A stretch of DNA of 64,000 nt. Source: Patescibacteria group bacterium (GTDB lineage: Bacteria; Patescibacteriota; Patescibacteriia; UBA1558; GWA2-36-10). The notes under the pieces are model-generated. The model had not been told where the DNA came from. It did no database searches and saw nothing but the letters and a program-made list of their open reading frames with translations. The position numbers and the translations under genes were made by a program. Location: assembly GCA_041665505.1 (NCBI GenBank), contig JBAYIR010000003.1, positions 45,363 to 109,362 on the forward strand. The letters run 5' to 3'. Below are positions 38,847 through 47,684 of the stretch, one piece after another (the stretch's first letter is position 1; every line of letters begins with the position of its first letter).

Positions 38847-39186
38847 GGAGAGGTGGCAGATCCCGCAAGGCGGGACCCCGCTACGCGGGGGTGGCTTAAA
38901 AAGCTTACTGTTATGTATAAAGTTTATATTTTACAAAGTATTAAATATAAAATATATTATATAGGGCATACTAAAGATATAAATGATAGAATGAGCAGAC
39001 ATAATAGTGGGGGATCGTCTTATTCAAAAAAATTTATGCCTTGGAAATTGATTTATACTGAATTTTATAATACTAAATCGGAAGCTTATAAAAGAGAGTT
39101 AGAAATTAAAAGTTATAAAGGTGGTATAAAATTTAAAAAGTTGATAGGAGTTTGGGAAAAATAGTTTATTAAAATTTATTTATCAT
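38847..39186 (+). mobile_element. GIY-YIG nuclease cassette inserted into the 5' region of tRNA-Ser(GCT), duplicating ~35 nt of target
   Basis: attaaaatttatttat plus ggagaggtggcaga occurs both at 38825-38860 and at 39168-39200 (the true tRNA start). Between the two copies lie the conserved GC-rich double hairpin and an 83-aa GIY-YIG ORF. Confidence 0.45.
38913..39164 (+). CDS. Small GIY-YIG (URI-domain) nuclease, UPF0213/COG2827-like
   Basis: YKVYILQSIKYKIYYIGHTKDINDRMSRHN ... YKRELEIKSYKGG shows the GIY-(x10)-YIG and R..HN motifs. The upstream in-frame ATG at 38853 lies in the GC hairpin, so it is unlikely to be the start. Confidence 0.75.
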   Translation: MYKVYILQSIKYKIYYIGHTKDINDRMSRHNSGGSSYSKKFMPWKLIYTEFYNTKSEAYKRELEIKSYKGGIKFKKLIGVWEK

Positions 39187-39276
39187 GGAGAGGTGGCAGA
39201 GTGGTCGAATGCGGCACCCTGCTAAGGTGTTATCCGGGAAACCGGATCGAGGGTTCGAATCCCTCCCTCTCCGCCA
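39187..39276 (+). tRNA. tRNA-Ser (anticodon GCT), long variable arm, encoded CCA
   Basis: Manual cloverleaf: acceptor GGAGAGG/CCTCTCC, anticodon stem GCACC/GGTGT with loop CTGCTAA, long extra arm, T-arm GAGGG-TTCGAAT-CCCTC. Confidence 0.9.
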
Positions 39277-39365
39277 CATCGAGCTAGCACGAGGATCTAG
39301 AGAGACTCGAGCGCTCGAGGATGTAAAAAACAACTTCTTTATGAAGCTGTTTTTTTGTTTAATAA
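39277..39365 (+). repeat. att-like segment plus terminator directly 3' of tRNA-Ser(GCT); related copies at 41860-41975 and 62315-62375
   Basis: Shared agctagcacgagga core and a conserved aaaaaacaacttctt..gaag..gttttttgtt hairpin/T-run terminator module. Confidence 0.55.
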
Positions 39366-39369
39366 ATTA

Positions 39370-40044
39370 TTAAGTATTTTCTGGTTTTATCACACCATCT
39401 TTAAGCCAAATGACTCTGTCTACGTGTTTTCTATCATCTAATTCATGAGTGACCATGATGATAGTCTGACCAATTTCTTTATTAAGTTTTTTGAATAATT
39501 TTAAAATTGTTTCTGATGATTCACTATCCAGATTTGCTGTCGGTTCATCGGCAAATAAAATAGCCGGATCGTTTACTAAGGCCCTGGCAATAGCTACTCT
39601 TTGTTGTTCTCCACCAGACATTTCTTTTGGCAGATGATATATACGTTCACCAAGCCCAACTTTTTCTAACATTTCAGTGGCTTTCTTAATGTATTGGCTC
39701 TTGGATGCACCAGTGAGCATAAGTGGTAAATAGACTGACTCAAGAGCGTTTAATTCTGGTAATAAAGCATAAGACTGAAAAACGTAGCCTAATTTTTTTA
39801 AACGAAATTCACTTTTTTGCTTTTCCGTAAATGATACTATATTTGTACCATCAATAATAATCTGACCTGCCGTAGGAGAATCCAAAAGACCAAGTTGGTG
39901 AAGAAGTGTAGATTTACCAGAACCACTTCGTCCCATAAGAGCAATAAATTCACCTTTTTTTACGCCAAAACTGACCTCTTTAAGTGCATAAGTTGGAACT
40001 TTTCCTTCGTATGTTTTTTTTAATTTTTTTACTTCAATAATCAT
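39370..40044 (-). CDS. ABC transporter ATP-binding protein (MacB/FtsE/LolD-like). The start is taken at the internal MIIEVKKLKK; the 40128 ATG would overlap the permease.
   Basis: Walker A GRSGSGKST, Q-loop, signature LSGGEQQRVAIARAL, Walker B ILFADEPT, and H-loop. Confidence 0.85.
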   Translation of the reverse strand: MIIEVKKLKKTYEGKVPTYALKEVSFGVKKGEFIALMGRSGSGKSTLLHQLGLLDSPTAGQIIIDGTNIVSFTEKQKSEFRLKKLGYVFQSYALLPELNALESVYLPLMLTGASKSQYIKKATEMLEKVGLGERIYHLPKEMSGGEQQRVAIARALVNDPAILFADEPTANLDSESSETILKLFKKLNKEIGQTIIMVTHELDDRKHVDRVIWLKDGVIKPENT

Positions 40045-40063
40045 TTGTGTTTTATTATTAGGT

Positions 40064-41278
40064 TTAGCCCCATATTGAATCAAGGATACTTTCTTTTGTA
40101 CCTCGAAATGCTGGTATAAAACCACCAATTAAAGCTGCTACCATAAGACTAATATTACTTATTCTAATTATATTAAAGGTGATTTTTAGTGATACCCAAC
40201 CGACTGGAAAATCCAAAGGATTATCTATAAAAAATGGCCGAACAAGAAATAATATTATACTGACACCAAGAATAATTCCAATAATGGCATAAAATATAGC
40301 TTGCATAACAAAAGATAAAATTATAGTATTTTCTTTCATTCCGATAGCTTTTAGTATTCCAATTTGTCGTCTTTTGTTTACAATACTAACAAAAATAATA
40401 ATAAATATGGTAATTCCTGCCACAACAGTACCAATTGCTCCTAAGATAATACTAATCATAGTAAAGCTCTTGCTGGCGCTAGAAGTAAAGCCAGTTAGTT
40501 GTTTCCAAGTCTTTATATCTTCATCGTGTAAGCCTGCTTGTCTTATTTGTTCTATATATTTTTCTTCTTGCCCTTTTTCGTCAATTTTTACTATTATTTC
40601 TGAAGCTAAATTATAGACATGGAGAACTGACTCCATTTCTTTTGTAGTAATAAAAGCCATTTGATCTGCTTGGCTATTTTTTGTAGAAAAAATACCTTTG
40701 ATAGTATAAGTTCTTTTTATACCATTGCTAAATTTAACATCAATTTGATCACCAACATACACACCTCCTAAGCTAAGATAATCTAGATCTCCACCATGGC
40801 TGCCAGCAATTTCTTTTCCGATAACTATCTTATCTCTATCGTTGTCTTCTAAATATTCACCCTCAATTATAGAATCACTAATTTTGGTTACCTGTGTTTC
40901 ATCGGCTACATCCACTGATTTTATGAGCCATTTTCCTTGCTGAACATCACGACCATCATGATTTTCATCATAGCTAATAGCAGTATTATTTATATAGTGA
41001 GCAGAACTAGCGACTATTCCAGGTATTGTGTCTATAGAATTCATAGCATCTTTATTTTCTATATAAATTTCATCATCAGCTGGAGCTATTACAATGTTAC
41101 TATATAGATTATTTATTGATTGTTCATTAATAGCTTCAACAATTCCACCAAAGACAGATGAAATAAAAATTAAATTAACATAAGCCAAGGTCATGATAAG
41201 TATGGTCATAGCTAGAGTACCTTTGTTGCCCCGAATAATTGATGTTCGAGCTAGAAAAAAAGAAGCTTTAATATTCAT
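40064..41278 (-). CDS. ABC transporter permease, FtsX/MacB-like
   Basis: N-terminal TM, a large extracytoplasmic domain, and three C-terminal TMs (FtsX-fold topology). Immediately upstream of the ATPase. Confidence 0.75.
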   Translation of the reverse strand: MNIKASFFLARTSIIRGNKGTLAMTILIMTLAYVNLIFISSVFGGIVEAINEQSINNLYSNIVIAPADDEIYIENKDAMNSIDTIPGIVASSAHYINNTAISYDENHDGRDVQQGKWLIKSVDVADETQVTKISDSIIEGEYLEDNDRDKIVIGKEIAGSHGGDLDYLSLGGVYVGDQIDVKFSNGIKRTYTIKGIFSTKNSQADQMAFITTKEMESVLHVYNLASEIIVKIDEKGQEEKYIEQIRQAGLHDEDIKTWKQLTGFTSSASKSFTMISIILGAIGTVVAGITIFIIIFVSIVNKRRQIGILKAIGMKENTIILSFVMQAIFYAIIGIILGVSIILFLVRPFFIDNPLDFPVGWVSLKITFNIIRISNISLMVAALIGGFIPAFRGTKESILDSIWG

Positions 41279-41280
41279 TA

Positions 41281-41700
41281 TTATTTGTTATTAACCAATA
41301 AAGATAGTTTTTTTAAGATTAATATAAAATCTCGACGTTCTTTGGCTGATAAAAGAGACAACCTCTTATGTAAATGTTTTTTTGATTTCGCAAAACCTGC
41401 CTGTAATTCCTTTTTACCTTTATTACTAATACCCAAACGAACTATTCGTTTATCATCAGCATCATAAACACGCTTAACTAGCCCTAATTTTATTAGGTTG
41501 TTTACCAAGAAGGTAGCAGATGGTGGAGTGATATTTAGATACTCAGCGACATTTTTCATTATTGGATTTTTTTGATGTAAAATAAAAGACAAGGCTTGTA
41601 ATTGAATATAAGATGGGGAACCCTTTTCATGTTCCATACCTTCTTTGGTTAATCTATTCATTGTAAATACCAAGTCAATTAGTTCGTCTATGTCGGGCAT
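41281..41700 (-). CDS. MarR-family transcriptional regulator
   Basis: Winged-helix region LSFILHQKNPIMKNVAEYLNITPPSATFLVNNLIKLGLVKRVYDADDKRIVRLGIS; 139 aa. Confidence 0.8.
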   Translation of the reverse strand: MPDIDELIDLVFTMNRLTKEGMEHEKGSPSYIQLQALSFILHQKNPIMKNVAEYLNITPPSATFLVNNLIKLGLVKRVYDADDKRIVRLGISNKGKKELQAGFAKSKKHLHKRLSLLSAKERRDFILILKKLSLLVNNK

Positions 41701-41859
41701 GTTTATTAAATAATAATTGTTAGATAATCTAAGTATATATTATTATATTTATAATATCAAGTATATTGATAACTTTATTGATTTTTTAAAGTTTGTGTAT
41801 TGTTAGTATAATATTAATAGTAAGAGCACTAATATTAGCCACGTAGGTGGTTAAAAACA

Positions 41860-41975
41860 TTAACATCTTAGAGCTAGCACGAGGATGTTCGAATCCCTTT
41901 GTGTCCGCCACTTCGTGCTAGCACGAGGGACTTAAAAAACAACTTCTTGAAGAAGGTGTTTTTTGTTTTAACTTA
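41860..41975 (+). repeat. Degenerate tRNA-Ser 3' fragment with att-like core and terminator module (island junction)
   Basis: gaggatgttcgaatccctttgtgtccgcca resembles the T-arm and acceptor 3' end of tRNA-Ser(GCT), flanked by agctagcacgagga / cttcgtgctagcacgaggg repeats and the conserved terminator hairpin. Confidence 0.55.
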
Positions 41976-42032
41976 GCTTGATTTTAGTAGTTTGTAGGTG
42001 TAAAGTGTAAATATTATTAACTCTTATGTAAT

Positions 42033-42818
42033 ATGATAGAGTTGTTATATAAATGGCAAACATTAATTGGGTCTTTTTTGGGTCCTTTTTTGGCAGTAGC
42101 ATTTTCAGTTATTGGTTATTTCTTTATAGAGTCTCGGAAGAGAAAAGAATCCATGAGGATAATTGAAGTTTCTTTAACACAAACTCTAAATGATTTGTTT
42201 GTAGCCAGAAAGACAGCAGAACAATTTTTAAAAAGAGTGGAGATAATAATGGAGGAAATACAAACTGATATGGATAAAGATAAATATGTTTTAACAGAAA
42301 CTAACTTACCGCCGATTAATATTTATTTAGATGAAGAATTACCAAAAATAAAAACTAAATCTTATTATGTACATAATAAACTTTTAATAATAACTGGGAC
42401 CTTAAAAAATATAAATACAAATTTGAAAGAATTAAAAAATAATTTTAGTAGTCTAGCTAAAAAAAATGAATTTTTAATTCATGTTGAAGCCACACATAAA
42501 GAACAAAAACAAACATATTTAGCAAATTTAAAAGATTTTTATCGTATTGTAGAAGAAGATTTAATTAAAAAAAATTTAAATAGAGGAACTGAAGTACTTG
42601 TACAAACAAAAATTTACAATCAAAAATTAATGAAAAGGTGGAGTTTTATTATAAAATGGAAATATGAAGGAGTGTCTTTTAAATATTTTAAAAATAATGG
42701 TGGTATATTAAAAGATAATAGACATATGAGCGCTCTTGACAGAATAGATGAAATGTTAAAACAAGAGGTTGAATGTCAAATAAAAGAAGCTGAAGACAGA
42801 CAAAAACAGTTCAATTAA
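42033..42818 (+). CDS. Hypothetical N-terminally membrane-anchored, coiled-coil-rich protein (partner of the DUF4238 gene)
   Basis: 261 aa with TM segment LIGSFLGPFLAVAFSVIGYFFI and a K/E-rich helical remainder. 7-nt gap to the next gene. Confidence 0.55.
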   Translation: MIELLYKWQTLIGSFLGPFLAVAFSVIGYFFIESRKRKESMRIIEVSLTQTLNDLFVARKTAEQFLKRVEIIMEEIQTDMDKDKYVLTETNLPPINIYLDEELPKIKTKSYYVHNKLLIITGTLKNINTNLKELKNNFSSLAKKNEFLIHVEATHKEQKQTYLANLKDFYRIVEEDLIKKNLNRGTEVLVQTKIYNQKLMKRWSFIIKWKYEGVSFKYFKNNGGILKDNRHMSALDRIDEMLKQEVECQIKEAEDRQKQFN

Positions 42819-42825
42819 TATAATT

Positions 42826-43827
42826 ATGTCTATAAAAACTGCAACACATCATTATGTGCCCAGGTGTTACCTAGAGAATTTTTTATGTGAAAAATCTAAT
42901 AATCAAATTTACGGGTATAAAAAGAGTGGTGAAATAATTAAATCAAATATAAAAAATATAGCTGCAAAGAATAATTTATATACATTTACTGATAAAACAA
43001 CAGGTAAAAAAACTAATATTGTTGAGAAAATGTTTGGAATAATAGAGTCAGCAGCCTGTCCGGTTATAAAAAATGTTATAGTTAATAAAGATATAAATTT
43101 AACAGATGCAGATAGAGGTGCTATAGCACAGTTTACAGCTTTTTTAGTAACTAGAAATTTATATTATGATACTCAGCAGAAGCACATGACTGCTGAACTT
43201 ATTAAACAAATGTCGATTGAAAGAGCCAAACATAAAGAATCTTTCAAGCATAGTTTTAAAGATGCTGGAATTACATTTGACAGCGATAAAGAATTTGAAG
43301 ATTTAAGAGATGCAGTATTAGATTTTGACAATCATTTTAAAGTTGATATAAGTGGGGGCGAGGGACATTTTATGAAAGTGGCAACTGACATAGCCATGGA
43401 ATTAACCAATATATTATATTTTAAAGAGTGGCACTTACTTATTAACGATGGTTCTCGTGTTTTTATCACCTCGGATAATCCTGTTACTCTCTGGGGTTTG
43501 AAAAGTACACCTAAGCAATTTAGATTGGGGTTTGCATTTGCATCTATTCTTTTAACTCTATCACCAGATGTATTACTTTTAATGCGTGATAGATTACTTA
43601 GTAAAACAATAATTAAATTAAATAGGGAAAAAATAGATTATGTAAATAAATCAATTATGAAAGGATCTGATAAATTTATTTATTCAAATTTAAAGTCTAA
43701 AGATTTATATAATAAATATTCGGAGTTATCTCAACACTCAAATCAAGTAAAAGTTCATAATATAAAATGGGCACCATATATTATTACACAGCAACCTGAA
43801 GCAGATATTGAGCCATCATTAGTCTAA
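42826..43827 (+). CDS. DUF4238-family protein (a family reported as a stand-alone anti-phage defence gene)
   Basis: N-terminal HHYVPRCYLENF matches the hallmark HhYvPqfYLrnF start of DUF4238; 333 aa. Confidence 0.65.
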   Translation: MSIKTATHHYVPRCYLENFLCEKSNNQIYGYKKSGEIIKSNIKNIAAKNNLYTFTDKTTGKKTNIVEKMFGIIESAACPVIKNVIVNKDINLTDADRGAIAQFTAFLVTRNLYYDTQQKHMTAELIKQMSIERAKHKESFKHSFKDAGITFDSDKEFEDLRDAVLDFDNHFKVDISGGEGHFMKVATDIAMELTNILYFKEWHLLINDGSRVFITSDNPVTLWGLKSTPKQFRLGFAFASILLTLSPDVLLLMRDRLLSKTIIKLNREKIDYVNKSIMKGSDKFIYSNLKSKDLYNKYSELSQHSNQVKVHNIKWAPYIITQQPEADIEPSLV

Positions 43828-43892
43828 AATAAAAAAAACAGTTCTTGCAGACTGTTTTTTTATTAAAATTTAAATTATATAGGTGCCTTTCT

Positions 43893-44615
43893 CTATAGTT
43901 TCTTTTGTATATGTCTTTCTATTATCTTATTTACATATTTATTTTTTAACCTGAAAGCCCTAATTTCAGCTGGTTGATTACTAAATGGTTGAACTGTTTT
44001 TGATTTATTACAATTTGGATCTTTAAATTTACCATTATGCTTGGGGCAGATAGTTAAATATTCATGCTGACCCTGATGTATATCGTGAGCCCGGCCCTCT
44101 TTTATTTTGGAAATAATTAAATTATAATCAGGCCGAAGTTCATTTAAAACTTTATTATCCATTTCCCATAAAAAAACATATTTTATAGTATATTCTGACC
44201 TAGACTTACTTTTCAAGTGTATATAAAAAATAAACAATATCTTTTTATTTTTTTTATAAAGTTCTGATTCCGTAATATCATTACATAAAGCTTCTTTACT
44301 ATAATTTATTATATTAAGCGATAATGGCTCTTTCACTCTTAAGGTCTTGTTATCAGATAAATATTTAAGCGGACATGTTTTTATTTCTATCCCCAGATGA
44401 TTTATATCTGGTAAAGCAGAGCTGTTCATATTTATTCCAAAGAAACCTTTTTCTATTAAGTAGCCAACATTGCCTTTAGTTGTGACCCTTGATTCTTCAT
44501 CTGATGTTTTTATAGATTTATGAATCTGATTCAAAGTTTTGCCTTCTAGCCACTTTGCTTCTTTTAATAAGGCTTCTTCGTTTGGTATGTCTTCAATTTT
44601 TTTATAGTTTATCAT
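43893..44615 (-). CDS. MutH/Sau3AI-family GATC-type endonuclease (restriction component)
   Basis: TKGNVGYLIEKGFFGINMNSSALPDINHLGIEIKTCPL aligns with the MutH block KGWIGVLLEIWLG ... PEQDFAALGVELKTIPV. Divergently paired with a C5-MTase. Confidence 0.75.
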   Translation of the reverse strand: MINYKKIEDIPNEEALLKEAKWLEGKTLNQIHKSIKTSDEESRVTTKGNVGYLIEKGFFGINMNSSALPDINHLGIEIKTCPLKYLSDNKTLRVKEPLSLNIINYSKEALCNDITESELYKKNKKILFIFYIHLKSKSRSEYTIKYVFLWEMDNKVLNELRPDYNLIISKIKEGRAHDIHQGQHEYLTICPKHNGKFKDPNCNKSKTVQPFSNQPAEIRAFRLKNKYVNKIIERHIQKKL

Positions 44616-44707
44616 ATTTTGTTAATATATTTTATGTAAAATAATGAAATTTGATCAATTTTAATCTTTATGTTATAATAGCAATAAATATATAAGTCAG
44701 CAAACTT

Positions 44708-45982
44708 ATGCCAAATAATAAAAAGAAAAAAACAATTAAAGTTATAGACCTTTTTGCCGGTGTCGGAGGCTTTCGTGTTGGGTTAGATAGAGCAAGTAAT
44801 ACAAAATATGGCTCTTTTGAGACCATCTGGAGCAATCAATGGGAGCCAGCTACCAAGAAACAACATGCTTCCGAAGTATATGTAGCTCGTTTTGGTAATA
44901 AAAACCACTCTAATGAAGATATAGCTAAAGAAGTGCAAAAGAATAACGTACCTGACCACGATCTTTTGGTTGGTGGTTTTCCCTGCCAAGATTATTCTGT
45001 AGCTAGGACTCTTAGCCAATCTGCTGGCATTGAAGGAAAAAAAGGAGTGTTGTGGTGGGAAATATATAAGATATTAAAAAACAAAGGAGCTAAGGCACCA
45101 AAATATTTATTTCTTGAAAATGTTGATAGATTATTAAAATCACCAGCCAACCAAAGAGGAAGAGATTTCGCAATTATACTAGGTTGTCTGGCAGAGCTTG
45201 GTTATGCTGTTGAGTGGCGTGTTATAAATGCTGCTGAGTATGGTTTTGCTCAAAGAAGAAGACGAGTCTATATATTAGGCTTTAAAAAAGGAACTAAGCA
45301 CTATAAAAAAATTGAAACTTTGCATAAAGAAAATAAGATACTAGATATAATAGAAAAAACTGGAATATTTGCCAAAGCTTTCCCTATAGAAAAAAATGAT
45401 ACTCCCATACCAGACATTAAACTTGATAAAAATATCAAAAAAATATCTGATAATTTTAATAAAGAGAAAGCTGGCTCCCGTAGCCTATTCAATAATTCTG
45501 GCGTCATGTTTAATAATGAAATATTTACATTACAAGTAAAAGAAGATTACACTGGCCCAAAGAAAACCATAGGTGACATAATATTACCTCTCAATAAAAT
45601 ACCAAAAGAATTTTTCATAGATAAAAATAGTTTAAAGAAATGGAAATATTTAAAAGGTGCAAAAAAAGAGCCTAGAAAAGGAAAGGATGGTCATGAGTTT
45701 TTCTATACTGAAGGTGGTATGGTTTTCCCTGATGCACTTGATAAACCATCCAGGACTATTATAACTGGTGAGGGTGGAGCATCTCCATCTAGATTTAAAC
45801 ACGTAATTGAACAAGATGGACAACTAAGAAGACTAACTCCTCTAGAGTTAGAACGTTTATGTGGTTTTGATGACCACCATACAGAAGGAGCAGCTGATGT
45901 AAAAAGAGCCTTCTTTATGGGTAATGCTCTCGTGGTTGGTGTTATAGAAAAAATAGGTAGAGAACTAATTAAGCGTGTTTAA
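44708..45982 (+). CDS. DNA (cytosine-5) methyltransferase
   Basis: Motif I IDLFAGVGGFRVGL, motif IV GGFPCQDYSVA, motif VI LFLENV, and C-terminal motifs; 424 aa. Confidence 0.9.
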   Translation: MPNNKKKKTIKVIDLFAGVGGFRVGLDRASNTKYGSFETIWSNQWEPATKKQHASEVYVARFGNKNHSNEDIAKEVQKNNVPDHDLLVGGFPCQDYSVARTLSQSAGIEGKKGVLWWEIYKILKNKGAKAPKYLFLENVDRLLKSPANQRGRDFAIILGCLAELGYAVEWRVINAAEYGFAQRRRRVYILGFKKGTKHYKKIETLHKENKILDIIEKTGIFAKAFPIEKNDTPIPDIKLDKNIKKISDNFNKEKAGSRSLFNNSGVMFNNEIFTLQVKEDYTGPKKTIGDIILPLNKIPKEFFIDKNSLKKWKYLKGAKKEPRKGKDGHEFFYTEGGMVFPDALDKPSRTIITGEGGASPSRFKHVIEQDGQLRRLTPLELERLCGFDDHHTEGAADVKRAFFMGNALVVGVIEKIGRELIKRV

Positions 45983-46011
45983 TTTAATATAATCTTACTT
46001 TCAAAATAAAA

Positions 46012-46039
46012 AGACCGAGAAATATTTACGGTCTTTTTG
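46012..46039. terminator. Bidirectional terminator between methylase and recombinase
   Basis: agaccg-agaaatattta-cggtct hairpin with an A-run upstream and a T-run downstream. Confidence 0.6.
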
Positions 46040-46076
46040 TTATTCAAGGAAATATTTTGTTTTTCAGGTATAATTA

Positions 46077-47387
46077 CTATACCAGCTTAATTTTTTTATT
46101 CATATAAATTAACTTGCTTTCTAGATTAGTTAGTAATTCTCTTTTTTCTAAAATTGAACCTTCTTTGAGTAAATATTTAGTATAATTTTTAATATCGATG
46201 TCGTCTACGTTAATGTCTTTAGTTTCTCCAGTTACCATACTTTGGAATTCTTTAAATCGTTTAATTTCATATTTTAATTTATTTTGTATAGGTAACTTTT
46301 TAATATCCAGCTTATCTACCAACTTTTGTAATTGTTTAATCAAATCTACTTCATTTATATACCCACACTTACAATGTTTATCTTTTGCTTTAGTACACCC
46401 ATAATAAATATGTTTGTTAGTATCTCCATTTTTTAATTTCTTGAATTTTTCAGTTGCAGATATACCAGAACCACAAAGTCCACATTTCATTATTTTAGTA
46501 AAAGCAAATTCAATATTTTCTTTTCTAACAAGTTGTGAATTTTTCATCTGATCTTGAACCATATCAAATAATTCTTTTGTTATTATCGGTTCATGCTTAC
46601 CTTGATACCAATTACCACTACCCCGTGGATATTCAAAAGGGCCATAGTAGAAAGTATTTTCAAGTAAGCGATAAATATTACCAAGACTCAAATGTTTTTT
46701 GCCCAAATGTGTTCTGAAGTTTAAATCAAATTTAAGCCAGTGATATATTTTTCTGCCCGACCATTTCTCATAAGCAACTTTTTCAAACATTTGTTTTATA
46801 ATATGGCCTCTATCTGGATCAACTAGACATTCTCCTTTGTGATCTATTCGTTTTTCTTTGAAATATCCAGTTGGCGGACAAGTTGGCCACAAACCCATTT
46901 CACATCTTGTCCTTAAACCACGTTTAACATTTATGCCTCTGTTATCATTTTCCAGTTTAGCTTGAGAACATAGAATCATTAATAAGAATTTTTCGTTTGG
47001 TGAATTACTAAACGTTTGTCCGTAGGTACGAATACCAAGAAGTTTTTTAGCATCCATCAGATCCACCAAAGACCCCAGATCTCCTGCGTTTCTAGATAGT
47101 CTATCTGGCGCCCAAGTTAAGATAGCATTAAATCTTTCTTCTGATATATCATGAATTAATTCTTTAAACACAGGACGATTACCAGAATCTTTAGCTGATT
47201 TGGATTCTCTTCTGATATCAATAATTTCAAGGTTTTCACGTTCTGCAATTTGAAGCATTTCTTTAACTTGAGAATCAATTGATAGAGCTTGTCGTTCATC
47301 TGATTCAGTACTTTTTCGGGCGTATAGGCAATACTTCAATTTAATGTCTGGGGTTAGCCCAAATTTGGTTTGTTGTGATATATTCAT
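46077..47387 (-). CDS. Large serine recombinase (resolvase N-domain, recombinase domain, zinc ribbon)
   Basis: N-terminal YARKSTESDERQALSIDSQ (catalytic Ser region), R..G motif, recombinase domain, and a C-terminal Cys cluster (CGLCGS ... YYGCTKAKDKHCKCG); 436 aa. Confidence 0.85.
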   Translation of the reverse strand: MNISQQTKFGLTPDIKLKYCLYARKSTESDERQALSIDSQVKEMLQIAERENLEIIDIRRESKSAKDSGNRPVFKELIHDISEERFNAILTWAPDRLSRNAGDLGSLVDLMDAKKLLGIRTYGQTFSNSPNEKFLLMILCSQAKLENDNRGINVKRGLRTRCEMGLWPTCPPTGYFKEKRIDHKGECLVDPDRGHIIKQMFEKVAYEKWSGRKIYHWLKFDLNFRTHLGKKHLSLGNIYRLLENTFYYGPFEYPRGSGNWYQGKHEPIITKELFDMVQDQMKNSQLVRKENIEFAFTKIMKCGLCGSGISATEKFKKLKNGDTNKHIYYGCTKAKDKHCKCGYINEVDLIKQLQKLVDKLDIKKLPIQNKLKYEIKRFKEFQSMVTGETKDINVDDIDIKNYTKYLLKEGSILEKRELLTNLESKLIYMNKKIKLV

Positions 47388-47401
47388 ACCCCATTAATGA
47401 C

Positions 47402-47466
47402 ACATTTTATAGCTTTTGCTAAGCTTTTAGCTGTCGACAACTTGTTGGCAAGTTTCCTTAGCAAAA
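47402..47466 (+). repeat. Direct repeat A (~65 nt, internal 10-bp dyad ttttgctaag/cttagcaaaa); partner B at 52165-52230
   Basis: acattttatagcttttgctaagc ... tgtcgacaacttgttggcaa.tttccttagcaaaa is shared by both copies (~88% identity) with a divergent 7-nt central block. Confidence 0.7.
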
Positions 47467-47684
47467 TCGTCAAAAAGCTTTATAATATGGACCTATATGT
47501 CATTTGCTAATATTAGCTATAAATTTGACATTACATCAGTTTAGTAGTATAAATTTATTGCTTGTCAGAGTTGGTACTTTGACAAATTTCGCTTTAAAAC
47601 GTAGAGTGTTATTGATAAAGCTTATTTATTGGTCATTTATCAATAATTTGATATACTTTATTAGTAAATAATTAATTTAAAACA

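Noticed and set aside
38853-38912. Upstream in-frame start (MADPARRDPATRGWLKKLTV) for the GIY-YIG ORF
   Set aside because: That extension lies in the GC-rich double hairpin shared with the ORF-less copy at 38388-38444. The GIY-YIG domain begins at the internal ATG at 38913, which is preceded by AT-rich sequence.
39185-39373. 62-aa ORF overlapping tRNA-Ser(GCT) and the att/terminator module
   Set aside because: It is fully explained by the tRNA and the conserved repeat, and has no independent coding support.
40045-40128. Longer N-terminus for the ABC ATPase (start at 40128)
   Set aside because: It would overlap the permease gene by 65 nt. The internal MIIEVKKLKK start fits the usual ABC N-terminus and gives a 20-nt intergenic gap.
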